A stretch of DNA of 64,000 bases. Origin: Bdellovibrionota bacterium (lineage in GTDB: Bacteria; Bdellovibrionota_C; UBA2361; OMII01). The notes under the pieces are model-generated. The model saw only the letters and a list, made by a program, of their open reading frames with translations, made no database searches and had not been told where the DNA came from. The position numbers and the translations under genes were made by a program. Within the stretch, counting starts at the first letter, position 1. The number at the start of each line of letters is the position of its first letter. Location of the stretch: the NCBI GenBank assembly GCA_044345405.1, contig JBIJBE010000004.1:32001-96000 (forward strand). Direction: 5' to 3'. Shown here in pieces: positions 25,810 to 36,316 of this stretch.

Positions 25810-27517
25810 CCTCGCGCATCGATGGGCGTACACATTTCTTACCCAACTTCGATCGCTTGGTGTTGAGCGCGTCTTTGTCGCTCCAGGATCTCGCTCAACG
25901 GTTCTTGCGTTGCAGGCATTCAATATTTTCGGAACGAACCTTGTCACCCACTTTGACGAGCGAGGGCTTGGATTCCTTGCGCTCGGTGCCGCTAAGGCAT
26001 CCCGCAAAGCCACCTGCATCATCACCACCTCTGGCACCGCTGTGGCGAATCTTCTTCCAGCGGTGATTGAAGCTCGCTATTCTCACGTTCCCCTCATTGT
26101 CCTCTCGGCGGATCGTCCCCCGGAGATGCAGGATCGGGGGTGCAATCAAACGATCGATCAAAAAGAGATCTTCGGATCTCATGCGCTCGCCTACCACGAG
26201 ATATGCCCACCAGAGGAGACGACTCCACTCACAGACCTTCAGACGTGGGCTATCTCAGCGTGGCACGATGCGACCCGACCGGGCAATGAGGGCGCGGTCC
26301 AGGTCAATTGGATGTTTCGTGAGCCCTTCTTCGCGAGCGAAAGCGCTGATGCGTCGGTTCCACTCGACACTCCCGCTCCACTCCCGATCACATCAGCTAC
26401 ACCGCCAACATCACCTGATCTTGAAACGCTCACAGGGATACTCTCTACCACCTCTCGCGGCATCTGCGTTGTTGGCGCGTTAGAGAGCCCCGAAGAAGCT
26501 GCCGCGGCGCGAGCATGTGTCACAAAGCTCGGATGGATAACGTTCGCCGACTCACTCTCTCAACTTCGACAGGACAACGAACTCAAAGGGCTCATGTCGT
26601 TCGGAGATATGAGCCTTCTCGCCTCCCTTTCCGAGGATCTACAACCCGACACTATCCTCCATATCGGTGGGCGCCTCGTCTCAAAGCGGATTTCGGCGCT
26701 CCTCGCTCCATCAACTAAGGCCAAAGTAGTGAGCGTTTCATCGACGAGCGACCACTTTAATCCGAATGATGGAATCCAAACGCGGATTGTCGCTCCAATG
26801 TCGGCGCTTGAGAACATAGCGGTATCTGGTCCACAGGAACCTGACTTTCAAGAGCGCTTTATCACAAAGAACTCGAAGGTGGGATCCTCAATCGAGGAGT
26901 TCTTTGGAAATCACCTAGGGGAGATCTCAGAACCCAAGCTCCTCCGCGCACTCTCCCTTCACACACCGAGCTCGCACACCCTCATGCTCGGCAACAGCAT
27001 GCCGATCCGAGACTTCGAGATGTTCGCAGCGACACGAAGCGATGCGCCCCGCACGATCGCTAATCGAGGCGCGAGCGGTATCGACGGCATTATAGCAACC
27101 GCCTGTGGCGCTGCACTTGGCGGTAAGACTCCCGTTACCCTTGTGGTCGGAGACCTGTCAGCCCTCCACGATCTCAATTCACTCGCTCTCGCGCGCTCGG
27201 TGAAAACTCCTTTCCCGATCATCGTTATCAACAACGATGGAGGTGGGATCTTCTCACTCCTTCCGGTCTCCAAGACCGAGCATTTCGAGCCCCTCTTCGG
27301 AACACCGCATGGACTCCGTTTTAACGACATCACCCGTGGATTCGGAATCCCCTATACGAATCCCTCATCGATGGAGGAATTCATGCGAGCATATCAGAAC
27401 GCGACCTCACACCCCGGCGCTTCAGTGATTGAGGTCACAACGAATCGACACGCAAACGCGGAGCTCCACCGCGCCATCAGCAAAGAGATCGCGACATCCC
27501 TATCCACACTCCGATGA
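25796..27517 (+). CDS. menD: SEPHCHC synthase
   Basis: PGSRST, DERGLGF.ALG, TSGTAVANL, ADRP, NQTIDQ, GNSMPIRD, NRGASGIDG, GDLSALHD, NNDGGGIF. Confidence 0.96.
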   Translation: MSDPNLAHRWAYTFLTQLRSLGVERVFVAPGSRSTVLALQAFNIFGTNLVTHFDERGLGFLALGAAKASRKATCIITTSGTAVANLLPAVIEARYSHVPLIVLSADRPPEMQDRGCNQTIDQKEIFGSHALAYHEICPPEETTPLTDLQTWAISAWHDATRPGNEGAVQVNWMFREPFFASESADASVPLDTPAPLPITSATPPTSPDLETLTGILSTTSRGICVVGALESPEEAAAARACVTKLGWITFADSLSQLRQDNELKGLMSFGDMSLLASLSEDLQPDTILHIGGRLVSKRISALLAPSTKAKVVSVSSTSDHFNPNDGIQTRIVAPMSALENIAVSGPQEPDFQERFITKNSKVGSSIEEFFGNHLGEISEPKLLRALSLHTPSSHTLMLGNSMPIRDFEMFAATRSDAPRTIANRGASGIDGIIATACGAALGGKTPVTLVVGDLSALHDLNSLALARSVKTPFPIIVINNDGGGIFSLLPVSKTEHFEPLFGTPHGLRFNDITRGFGIPYTNPSSMEEFMRAYQNATSHPGASVIEVTTNRHANAELHRAISKEIATSLSTLR

Positions 27518-28278
27518 CACACATCTCTCTTCATCGCCGCGGCACCGTTGGCACCAAGCTCTTTATCCATGGATTCCTCGGGTCAGGGCAGGACTGGCAA
27601 GAGACGATCGTCGGACTCGCGAGCGATGACACCTGTTATACACTCGACCTTCCTTCGCATGGGGACGCAGGGGAGAACTCACCCCACCTCACCTCATTTG
27701 AGGATGTGATTATCGAAATAGGAACCGCTCTCCAAAAAGAATGTACCGATCCGCTCCACGGTATCGGGTACTCCCTCGGCGGTCGGATCCTCTTGGGTCT
27801 CACACACCGCTACCCGGAGCTGTTCAGTCGACTCACCCTGGTCTCGACCTTCCCTGGATTTCAAGATGATAATGCCCGGGACGCTCGCTGGGAATCGGAT
27901 CTGCGGTGCAGCGAGCTCCTCCGAACACTCGATACCGAAACCTTTCTCGTGCGGTGGTACGAGCAGGAGACCTTCCACAGCGCCCAGTGGAACGATCAAG
28001 CCCGCGCGAGGATACTCTCTTCGCGGTCATCGCTCTCACTTCCTCGCCTCGCCTCCTTTTTTGAGGCGACCTCGGCAGCGATGATGCCCAACTACTGGCC
28101 CCTTCTCACCTCACTCTCCATACCAACGACCTTTATCGCTGGAGAACGGGACCTGAAGTACGTTCGGATAGGCGAGGACGTTGCGACATCCAATCCGAAT
28201 ATACGGCTAGAGGTCATCCCCGACTGCGGTCACGCCATACCCCTCGAAGCACCCGCCATGCTCGCAAAAGCCCTGTAG
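27514..28278 (+). CDS. menH: SHCHC synthase (alpha/beta hydrolase)
   Basis: HGFLGS, GYSLGGR, GERD.KY, GHA; operon position. Confidence 0.9.
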   Translation: MTHISLHRRGTVGTKLFIHGFLGSGQDWQETIVGLASDDTCYTLDLPSHGDAGENSPHLTSFEDVIIEIGTALQKECTDPLHGIGYSLGGRILLGLTHRYPELFSRLTLVSTFPGFQDDNARDARWESDLRCSELLRTLDTETFLVRWYEQETFHSAQWNDQARARILSSRSSLSLPRLASFFEATSAAMMPNYWPLLTSLSIPTTFIAGERDLKYVRIGEDVATSNPNIRLEVIPDCGHAIPLEAPAMLAKAL

Positions 28279-28363
28279 ATTCAAGAAGGTACGCCACCTG
28301 TCCTTTCCGATCGCGTTTTGACCCCCTCCCTCCCTCATGGTATGAACCCCTCGGAGTTTCACT

Positions 28364-29185
28364 ATGACCACATTCCCTTGGAAAACCGCCGCGAAGTTTG
28401 AGGATATCCGATACGAAACCCTCGATGGGATCGCGAAGATCACGATCAACCGTCCTCAGGTACGTAACGCCTTCCGGCCCCTCACCGTCACCGAGATGGG
28501 TCAAGCACTTGAGATGGCGCGCGAAGATGAGGAGATCGGTGTCATCATCCTTACGGGTGAAGGACCGCACGCCTTCTGCTCAGGTGGAGATCAAAAGATC
28601 CGTGGAGACTCAGGCTACAAAGACGGCAAAGGGAAGCACCGCCTCAACGTTCTCGATCTGCAACGACAGATCCGCACCTGCCCGAAGCCCGTTGTCGCGA
28701 TGGTAGCTGGATACGCTATCGGTGGAGGACACGTGCTTCACGTTGTGTGCGATCTCACCATCGCCGCTGACAACGCGATATTTGGACAGACCGGACCAAA
28801 AGTTGGCTCCTTTGATGGTGGATTCGGCTCTTCGTATCTGGCACGCATCGTTGGTCAAAAGAAGGCACGAGAGATCTGGTTCCTCTGTCGTCAATACAAC
28901 GCGCAACAAGCGCTCGATATGGGGCTCGTAAACACCGTTGTCCCACTCGCCGATCTTGAGAAGGAGACGGTCTCCTGGTGCCGAGAGATGTTAGATAAAT
29001 CACCACTCGCGCTTCGATGCCTCAAAGCCGCGCTGAACGCCGATTGCGATGGACAGAGCGGTCTTCAAGAGCTCGCTGGCAACGCGACCCTCCTCTACTA
29101 CATGAGCGAAGAGGCGCAGGAGGGCCGAGACGCTTTTGTTCAGAAACGGAAACCGAACTTCTCCAAGTTCCCGAAGCGACCATAA
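28364..29185 (+). CDS. menB: 1,4-dihydroxy-2-naphthoyl-CoA synthase
   Basis: [39 protein letters not shown]. Confidence 0.98.
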   Translation: MTTFPWKTAAKFEDIRYETLDGIAKITINRPQVRNAFRPLTVTEMGQALEMAREDEEIGVIILTGEGPHAFCSGGDQKIRGDSGYKDGKGKHRLNVLDLQRQIRTCPKPVVAMVAGYAIGGGHVLHVVCDLTIAADNAIFGQTGPKVGSFDGGFGSSYLARIVGQKKAREIWFLCRQYNAQQALDMGLVNTVVPLADLEKETVSWCREMLDKSPLALRCLKAALNADCDGQSGLQELAGNATLLYYMSEEAQEGRDAFVQKRKPNFSKFPKRP

Positions 29186-29195
29186 GAGGAACCTC

Positions 29196-30071
29196 ATGAG
29201 CGCCAAGGTCTGGATCGACGCCGCGAGACCGAAGACCCTGGGAGCCTCCCTCGCCCCGATACTTATCGGCGCGGCGCTGGCATATCGACACGGCGCGTTC
29301 TCTCCACTCATGACCTTCATCGCGCTCACCTCCGCGCTCTGCATCCAAATTGGGACGAATTTTTGCAACGACTACTGCGACTTTAAAAAGGGCGCTGATG
29401 CGCAACGGGTTGGCCCCGTTCGAGCGACGCAGGCTGGTCTTATAGCTCCTGAGACGATGCTACGCGCGACTGTCATTACCTTCGCGCTTGCCGTGGCGCT
29501 CGGAGCGATCTTGGTCGCTCATGGTGGAGCACCGATCCTGATTATCGGCATACTCTCCGTCGCTTTTGGCGCCCTCTACACCGCGGGGCCGTATCCTCTC
29601 GCCTACATCGGATTAGGAGACCTCTTCGTACTGATATTCTTCGGACCGGTGGCGGTGGCGGGGACCTACTATGTCAACGCACTCGCGTGGTCCACTGACG
29701 CCATACTACTCGGGCTTATTCCTGGTCTCTTAGCGGTTGGAATTCTCATCGTTAACAATCTCCGCGATTATGAGTCGGACCGCCTGGCGCGAAAACGCAC
29801 ACTCGTGGTGACCTTTGGTGAACGGTTCGGCAAATATGAGTATCTCGCGTGCGTCGTAAGCCCCGTCATCATCGCCTCAGTTGAGGCACATCTCCTTGGA
29901 GGCACAGGAACGCTGGTTATCGCTCTTCTTTCTGCCCTCGCGGGTGGATTCCTCGCGTTCCGTCTCATGAGGCTTCGGGGAGCAGCTCTTAATCCATTTC
30001 TTCCGGCCACAAATATATTACTGATTACGACCTCTCTACTCGTGGCGTTCTTTGTGGCGTACCCTCTATGA
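29196..30071 (+). CDS. menA: DHNA prenyltransferase
   Basis: AARPKTL, NDYCDFKKGAD, YT.GP.PLAY.GLGD, NNLRD..SD....KRTL. Confidence 0.93.
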   Translation: MSAKVWIDAARPKTLGASLAPILIGAALAYRHGAFSPLMTFIALTSALCIQIGTNFCNDYCDFKKGADAQRVGPVRATQAGLIAPETMLRATVITFALAVALGAILVAHGGAPILIIGILSVAFGALYTAGPYPLAYIGLGDLFVLIFFGPVAVAGTYYVNALAWSTDAILLGLIPGLLAVGILIVNNLRDYESDRLARKRTLVVTFGERFGKYEYLACVVSPVIIASVEAHLLGGTGTLVIALLSALAGGFLAFRLMRLRGAALNPFLPATNILLITTSLLVAFFVAYPL

Positions 30072-31126
30072 ACGAGACAACTCTTAACGAAAGGGTTTCA
30101 ACCCTCCGGACATCGCTCTCCCTCACAACGCCCCTCTCGTTTCTTGCGGGAGATGGCACCCAACGCGATATCGCCTTCGTTATCCTCCGGGATGTAACGG
30201 GAGTACCGCACTACGGTGAGATATCGCCACTCCCTGGCTTTAGCGTCGAGAGGATTGAGGACGCTCTCAGTGAGCTCGATGCTATCGCGTTCGCGATTCC
30301 TCCTATTGAATCGGTAAGCCTCCCACTTTCTCCGGTGTGGACCTTATTTCTCCGCACGATTCAGTGCCCGTCCTTACGGTGCGGCATAGAGGGAGCGATC
30401 CTTGATCGCCTCGCGCGCTCGGGCGCCTTAATGGATGCTATCGCAAGGCGCCCAACGGTACCGTGCAACGCCCTCATTATGGTTGGAGAGGAAAAGGAGA
30501 CGCTCCGTCAGATAACAGATCGAGTGGCTCTTGGATTTGAAACCCTAAAGATAAAGATCTCGCCTCAGTCGGTGGAATCAACCCTTCGCGCCCTACGCGC
30601 TTCAAACCTCTCCCCAAGAACACGCCTTCGCCTCGACGCTAATCGCTCCTTTACCACACAGGAGTGGTCTTCAGTGACCAAGGAGCTTTCGACCCTGCCG
30701 ATTGAATACATCGAGGAACCGGTCCGCACACCGGAGGAACTTCCAGCGATCATCAAGAGCGGTGGTATTCCGATCGCGATCGACGAGACGACCCGCGACA
30801 CAGCGCCAGAGGAGTGGCTCAGATGGGGACTCCGCGCGGTGGTACTCAAACCATCTCTCAACGGCGGACTCCTCTCCCTCCTTCCCCTTATCTCGATGAT
30901 TGAAAGGAACGGAGCGTACGTAACACTGAGTTCAAGCTTTGAGTCGGGTGTGGGGCTTCGTTCACTTACGCTTCTCACCACACTCATGGATCGGTGTGGC
31001 CCGATCGGTGTCGACACCGCCTCTTTCATAAAGGGGGATCTCACAGAGCCGTCCTTCCCCCGTTCAACGCCGAACATCGATCTCCGAGAACTTATTTCGA
31101 CACGATATATCGGAGGTAATCAATGA
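30068..31126 (+). CDS. menC: o-succinylbenzoate synthase
   Basis: GEISPLPGFS, KIK, RLDAN, YIEEP, IDE, KPS, SS.FES.VG enolase-superfamily motifs. Confidence 0.9.
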   Translation: MNETTLNERVSTLRTSLSLTTPLSFLAGDGTQRDIAFVILRDVTGVPHYGEISPLPGFSVERIEDALSELDAIAFAIPPIESVSLPLSPVWTLFLRTIQCPSLRCGIEGAILDRLARSGALMDAIARRPTVPCNALIMVGEEKETLRQITDRVALGFETLKIKISPQSVESTLRALRASNLSPRTRLRLDANRSFTTQEWSSVTKELSTLPIEYIEEPVRTPEELPAIIKSGGIPIAIDETTRDTAPEEWLRWGLRAVVLKPSLNGGLLSLLPLISMIERNGAYVTLSSSFESGVGLRSLTLLTTLMDRCGPIGVDTASFIKGDLTEPSFPRSTPNIDLRELISTRYIGGNQ

Positions 31127-32484
31127 ACCTCGTCGCGGAGATCCTGACTCATCCAATTGACGAACCATTCATCGTAGATGAGGATCTGAAGCTCTCGTAT
31201 GGCGAGATGACAAAAGCGGTTACAACGCTACGCGCGCTCACAGCGAGCCAGGGCATCTCGCCTCAGTCCGTTGTGGCACTTCGTGCAGGGCAGGATACCG
31301 CTTCGGTCCTCACCCTCCTGGCGCTCCTTGAGATGGAGTGCTCGGTTTTAGTGGTTCACACTCGATGGCCTGACACAATGCTCAGTGAGGCTCTCAAGAG
31401 GGCACGCGCGAGTCACATCCTTACCCCTAGAACACACACGGAGGTCGAGGTTCAACCAATTTCGGCTTCGCACGTCCCTCCCTCATGGGCAACAGGCGCG
31501 TCAGTGATAGTGGCGACCTCAGGAAGCACCGGGGTTCCTAAACTCGCGCTCCTCTCCCTCTCATCGCTCCTCGCGAGCGCTCGAACATCCGCGCCAGCGT
31601 GCGCGTTGACGAGGCATGATCGTTGGCAGCTCTCGCTTCCCCTCTTTCACGTTGGAGGTCTCGGTATCCTTTTTCGATCGCTCGTTACTGGAAGCTCCAT
31701 CTCTCTTACCAGATCTGACGACGGCATCGCGGATGCGGCGACAACCCATCTTTCATTAGTACCCACCCAGCTCTACCGTCTTCTGAGAGAAGCGAATTAC
31801 CGCGAAGCGCTTCGACAAAAAAGATGTGTCATGCTTGGAGGTGCCCCGATCGGAACACGAGTCCTCCGCGAAGCGATCGAAGTAGGGATACCGGTTATGA
31901 CAACGTACGGCCTCACCGAGATGGGATCGGTGGTCACGCTCGCGTCCACACCGGTCATCTTAGAAGATGGAACTGTATCACTTGGACGACCACTTCCAGG
32001 CAGAGAGATACGCCTCTCGTCAGATGGCGAGGTGCTTACGCGCGGTGAGACCCTCTTTCAGGGATACATCACTACCGATGCGCTTTCCCTCCGGTGCGAT
32101 GAAGAAGGTTGGTTTGCCACCGGCGACCTCGGAGAGATCCTTTCCGATGGAACACTCGCCATTATTGGGCGCAAGGACGCTCAATTTGTCTCTGGTGGAG
32201 AAAATATTCACCCAGAGATGATCGAGAATGCTCTTACCTCTCTTCCGGGGATCATAGCGGCGTGCGTTGTGCCAATGCCGAACGCTGAGTTCGGACACCG
32301 ACCGTTCGCGTTCGTTGTATCGCAGGGTGCCTCACTGGACCTTAACGAGATTCGAGAAGCCCTTCGTCCGCTCATACCGAGCTTCGCTCTTCCAATCGGG
32401 GTTCAAGAAGCTCCCGCCGAGCTTCTCACACCAACCGGTAAGATTAGTCGGGCGATGGCAGTTCAGGTGGCGGCCAATCGGTAA
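31123..32484 (+). CDS. menE: o-succinylbenzoate-CoA ligase
   Basis: TSGSTGVPK, LPLFHVGG, SLVPTQL.R, YGLTE, TGDLG, GRKD..F.SGGENI.PE. Confidence 0.93.
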   Translation: MNLVAEILTHPIDEPFIVDEDLKLSYGEMTKAVTTLRALTASQGISPQSVVALRAGQDTASVLTLLALLEMECSVLVVHTRWPDTMLSEALKRARASHILTPRTHTEVEVQPISASHVPPSWATGASVIVATSGSTGVPKLALLSLSSLLASARTSAPACALTRHDRWQLSLPLFHVGGLGILFRSLVTGSSISLTRSDDGIADAATTHLSLVPTQLYRLLREANYREALRQKRCVMLGGAPIGTRVLREAIEVGIPVMTTYGLTEMGSVVTLASTPVILEDGTVSLGRPLPGREIRLSSDGEVLTRGETLFQGYITTDALSLRCDEEGWFATGDLGEILSDGTLAIIGRKDAQFVSGGENIHPEMIENALTSLPGIIAACVVPMPNAEFGHRPFAFVVSQGASLDLNEIREALRPLIPSFALPIGVQEAPAELLTPTGKISRAMAVQVAANR

Positions 32485-32700
32485 CCGCTCCCCCCGTTTT
32501 TGCCCCTGTTTCAGCGTGCAACGACGATCGGGAACTTTCCCGGAGAACCAACTGGTTAGCGGGGGAGTCGGAGCCTCCCTGCTCAAGAGGCCCCCAACCT
32601 TCTTGACTACAAACGTACCTGGCGTCATTGTCCTCGGCTGACCAGATATGAGAGCCGCAGGCAACAACAGCGGCGCCTGATCAGGTTCGGAGGGATAGAG

Positions 32701-33438
32701 ATGACGACACTACACAATGTATTGCGAGCAGATGCGCGAGTAGACAATTTCGGAGGCTCGCTCTCAAGATTCTGCCAGGAGGCCCTCAGGGGAGCGCTCC
32801 AATCGGTTGACCACTTTTATGGGTACGCTCTCTTTGAGAGCCCCTCACCCCCTAAAGTTGAACTTGCTTCGACCGAGATCGTGCGAGAGTTAGTCGCTAT
32901 CGGCGTAAAGGTCCTTGAAATTGAGAACAAACGCAATCACGTTCTTATAACACCAGACATGGCAAAGAAACTGGAGGTGATTTTTCGACATCTGCCTGAT
33001 ACGGTATCCCGAGAAGGATGGTCGTCGAGTCTCATAAATGCCGTGAGTGGCAGATGCAAGGACATGGCGTGTTGCCAAGACGAAAAGCAAGACCCTCACC
33101 GTAATTTGCTCTACCACGCAGTGCTCGGAAGCCTCCTGCGACTCGAGTCTATTCCACCATCAATCGCGTATCCGACGCTAAGAATGATCGCTCAATGGGG
33201 AGACCTAAAGAAGGTCGCGATGGGCCAGGCCGATGGTCAACTCTCGACTCCATACTGGACCTCCACCTTAGAGATCGGTCAACAACTCATACGGATGGTA
33301 TCTGATGTTTTTGACGAGATAAGCGCGCAAAAGCCGTACGACGCGACTAAGCACCAACTTTCCGCGGCGGGCGTTCAACGCGCGCTCAACATACTTGCGA
33401 CAGACCCCATGATCGCAAAGCTTATGACACCATCATGA
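32701..33438 (+). CDS. Hypothetical protein
   Basis: 245-aa ORF with GGAGGG RBS; no family recognised. Confidence 0.65.
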   Translation: MTTLHNVLRADARVDNFGGSLSRFCQEALRGALQSVDHFYGYALFESPSPPKVELASTEIVRELVAIGVKVLEIENKRNHVLITPDMAKKLEVIFRHLPDTVSREGWSSSLINAVSGRCKDMACCQDEKQDPHRNLLYHAVLGSLLRLESIPPSIAYPTLRMIAQWGDLKKVAMGQADGQLSTPYWTSTLEIGQQLIRMVSDVFDEISAQKPYDATKHQLSAAGVQRALNILATDPMIAKLMTPS

Positions 33439-33646
33439 ATCGGGTGAAACCAACTATGCATTCCCGTGACCAGGTGCCTACATTCTAATGCAGCCCCTAG
33501 CCCGACGCTTCCGCTCGCAAGTACTGGAGGGATGCTCAGCTACTCATAGACACGCCGCAGCTCAGTTTCGGTACATAGGTAATCCGTCTTCACCAGACGG
33601 ATTGGTCAGACTATTTTTGTCTATCTAAAATTTTAGGGCACCATCA

Positions 33647-34909
33647 TTAGCGAACCAGCGCGATCGTATCTTTGATAATATCGCTAGCCGTTGAGATCAC
33701 CTTTGAGTTCGCGCCATACGCTCGTTGGAGAACCACAAGCTCCACGAACTGTCCGGCGAGATCAACGTTAGAATACTCAAGCGATTGCGTGAGAAGCTTG
33801 CTTCTCGCTCCAGTGCCCGCGATACCGGAGGTAATCCCACCCGATTTATCAGTAGTCGCGAAGGTCGAAGTTCCGCTTCGAGCAAGACCATCGCGATTGG
33901 TAACGGTCGCGACGGAGATCGTTCCAACGCGAGCGGTCTGTCCGTTAGTTAGACGGGCGTTAATAACTCCCTGGCCGTTTATCTCATAGCCAGAGATCTC
34001 ACCCACTCCCTGGCCGTTCTGCGCGTAGTTGGTAACTAACGTCGCCCCAGCGAATTGAGAAAAGGCGCTTAAATCCGCGGTGATCGTCGAAGGAGCGGCT
34101 CCGGTCGACCAGGTAGCGTTGATGTTCATCACGGCTTGAGCTGCCCCCTGTTGTGACAGTCGCCCATCGGTGTCAAAGGTGAGTTGTGTGGACCCTATCA
34201 ACACCGGCTGATCAGCGGCCTGACCAACATCCGCGCCGTTCGCGTACGCTTGAACGGTCCATGTGTTCAATCCGGTCCGATAGTAGCCGAATACAACCTC
34301 ATGCCGAGCGCCGAGCGAATCATACACCGACACGGTGGTGGTTGAGGCTGCGGTATTATTTATCTCCTGGAAATTCAGTGGCACTTGGGGAGGCGTGGAC
34401 GAGTTAGCGGAGCTGTTGAGATTGCCGAAGAGCTGCGCCTGCGTTGTGGGTACGATCTCAAGATCGACCTTACGCATATCGATCGGTCCAAGGGTCACCG
34501 CGTCTCCACCGGTGTATCCGAGCACACGAAGGCCATCGAGTGTCGAGAGAAAGCCATCTTGATCGACTTGAAAGGATCCCGCTCTCGTGAGCTGAGGATT
34601 CGTCACATCACCGACCTGAAAAAAACCATTTCCGCTCAGCGCGACATCAAGATCCCGGCCGGTTCCCTGAATGGGTCCTACGTCGAAATTAGACTGAATA
34701 CCCTTTACAGTGACACCATCGCCAGCGCCTGAAACAACACCGGCGACCCGATCGCCGGGCGTTTCGCCGAGCATATCAGCGAAGATAGCTCGCTGATTTT
34801 TGAACCCAACGGTGTTGGCGTTGGATATGTTATCGCCGACAATGGCGAGAGCCTGTCCATGAGCGGTAATACCTTCCCGGCCCGTATTAAGTGCGGATTC
34901 TATTCTCAT
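33647..34909 (-). CDS. flgE: Flagellar hook protein FlgE (hook/basal-body family), solitary
   Basis: GDNISNANTVGFK, TGRDLDVAL.G.GFF, TRAG.F..D..G.L, VYDSLG..H, LEYSNVDL...FV.L...QRAY.ANSK. Confidence 0.9.
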   Translation of the reverse strand: MRIESALNTGREGITAHGQALAIVGDNISNANTVGFKNQRAIFADMLGETPGDRVAGVVSGAGDGVTVKGIQSNFDVGPIQGTGRDLDVALSGNGFFQVGDVTNPQLTRAGSFQVDQDGFLSTLDGLRVLGYTGGDAVTLGPIDMRKVDLEIVPTTQAQLFGNLNSSANSSTPPQVPLNFQEINNTAASTTTVSVYDSLGARHEVVFGYYRTGLNTWTVQAYANGADVGQAADQPVLIGSTQLTFDTDGRLSQQGAAQAVMNINATWSTGAAPSTITADLSAFSQFAGATLVTNYAQNGQGVGEISGYEINGQGVINARLTNGQTARVGTISVATVTNRDGLARSGTSTFATTDKSGGITSGIAGTGARSKLLTQSLEYSNVDLAGQFVELVVLQRAYGANSKVISTASDIIKDTIALVR

Positions 34910-34983
34910 GGTTACCTATGCATCCTTTTGGCGCGTCCTAGCCTGGGCAATCCCTGCCCACTCCTCCAACTAGAACGTTAGGG

Positions 34984-34999
34984 TGCAAAATGTCGGCCA
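34984..34999 (-). promoter_or_regulatory. Sigma54 (-24/-12) promoter upstream of flgE
   Basis: Minus strand TGGCCGACATTTTGCA, GG-N10-GC spacing with TTGCA -12 box, ~75 nt before ATG. Confidence 0.55.
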
Positions 35000-35145
35000 T
35001 CGGTGCCCATCCCTGAAACCGGGGGGTTAGTCAGGATGGGAGTGACTATTTTGCCTAGTCACCCTTCCGGTTAACTGCCCAAATTCCACCACAGGTATAA
35101 ACGACCTCATTTCCGACATAGTCCCTCCGGTATACAGTGGTCCCT

Positions 35146-36027
35146 ATGCATATACTTGTAACGGGCGGGGCGGGCTTTCTCGGAGGAGCTTGCAGAGATC
35201 TCCTCGCCCAACAAACAGAGAGCGAGGTGTCCCTCCTTCGATCAGGACGTGGCCCCTCAATCTCGGGGAGCTTTCATACCTGCATCGAGGCCCCATCCCT
35301 TCTGAACGCCGACGAGCTGACCCAGCAGATCGGAGCGAGGCGAATCACTCACATCATCCATATTGGAGCGCTCTCCTCGCCCGAAGCGTGTGAACGCCAC
35401 CCGGAGAGCGCCCACATCTCTAATGTACGGTTCACTGAGATGCTTGCCGACTATGCCGCCCGCGTTGGCGCCCATCTCACGACCATCTCGACCGATCTCG
35501 TCTTCGACGGAACGAAGGCGCCTCACGATGGGCTCTCCGAAGAACACACGCCACGCCCCCTCTCGGTGTACAGTCAAACGAAGCTCTCCGCGGAAAAGGT
35601 GACGCTGCGTTCACCGTTGAACACGGTCGTTCGCGTCGCGCTCCTGTACGGGCACTCGTCCTCACAATCCCTGGGCGTTCTCGGCTGGATGGAGAGAGCC
35701 TTTACGGAGGGAACCCCCCTTACTCTTTTTTCGGATGAATATCGAACCCCTATTCATGTGATGGATGCCGCCTCCGCCATCCTTAATCTCTCAACGCGAT
35801 CGCTGCCTGGTATCTGGCACTGCGGGGGCCCTGCGCGAGTGTCCAGAGTTGAATTCGGAACGCTCGTCGCGAAGGCCTTGGGATACGACCCGTCGCTGAT
35901 TCGTCCGACCTCTCGCCTCACTATCTCGACCGGCCCGGCTCGTCCGGAGGACGTTTCACTTAATTCGGAGAGGCTTTGGACAACGTTGGGGTGGAGGCCA
36001 CGGGGAGTGGTGGAGGCGCTGGGGTAA
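35146..36027 (+). CDS. RmlD-like (dTDP-4-dehydrorhamnose reductase family) SDR oxidoreductase
   Basis: LVTGGAGFLG, STDLVFDG, YxxxK (YSQTK), LF.DEYRTP, RP.D.SL. Confidence 0.88.
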   Translation: MHILVTGGAGFLGGACRDLLAQQTESEVSLLRSGRGPSISGSFHTCIEAPSLLNADELTQQIGARRITHIIHIGALSSPEACERHPESAHISNVRFTEMLADYAARVGAHLTTISTDLVFDGTKAPHDGLSEEHTPRPLSVYSQTKLSAEKVTLRSPLNTVVRVALLYGHSSSQSLGVLGWMERAFTEGTPLTLFSDEYRTPIHVMDAASAILNLSTRSLPGIWHCGGPARVSRVEFGTLVAKALGYDPSLIRPTSRLTISTGPARPEDVSLNSERLWTTLGWRPRGVVEALG

Positions 36028-36059
36028 CGGAGGCGCTCATCCGCGACGACCCGGTACCT

Positions 36060-36178
36060 GGGAGGGCGGTCATTCCTGACCGCCGCGTGGTAACCAGCGA
36101 CCAGGTCCTTGGTGGCACGCAACATTTCGGCGACCAGCCTGTCCCGAGCACAGTCGAGGGGGGAATGGTCGCCCTCCC
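36060..36178. repeat. REP-like inverted doublet; left arm intact, right arm with a 25-nt nested insertion
   Basis: GGGAG-GGCGGTCA-TTCC-TGACCGCC-G hairpin (36060-36085); minus-strand arm GGGAGGGCGACCATTC[CCCCCTCGACTGTGCTCGGGACAGG]CTGGTCGCCG. Confidence 0.8.
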
Positions 36179-36316
36179 GGAGTAGCCTGCGTCACATTTT
36201 CATTGAGGTCCCAATCGGCCCCAAACGCTCCCAAACCACCACCTTCAAACCACGCTTTGATACGCATTCCAGACGGTGTACCATAACAATGCAGTTACCC
36301 ACCGTTTTTGGGGAAT

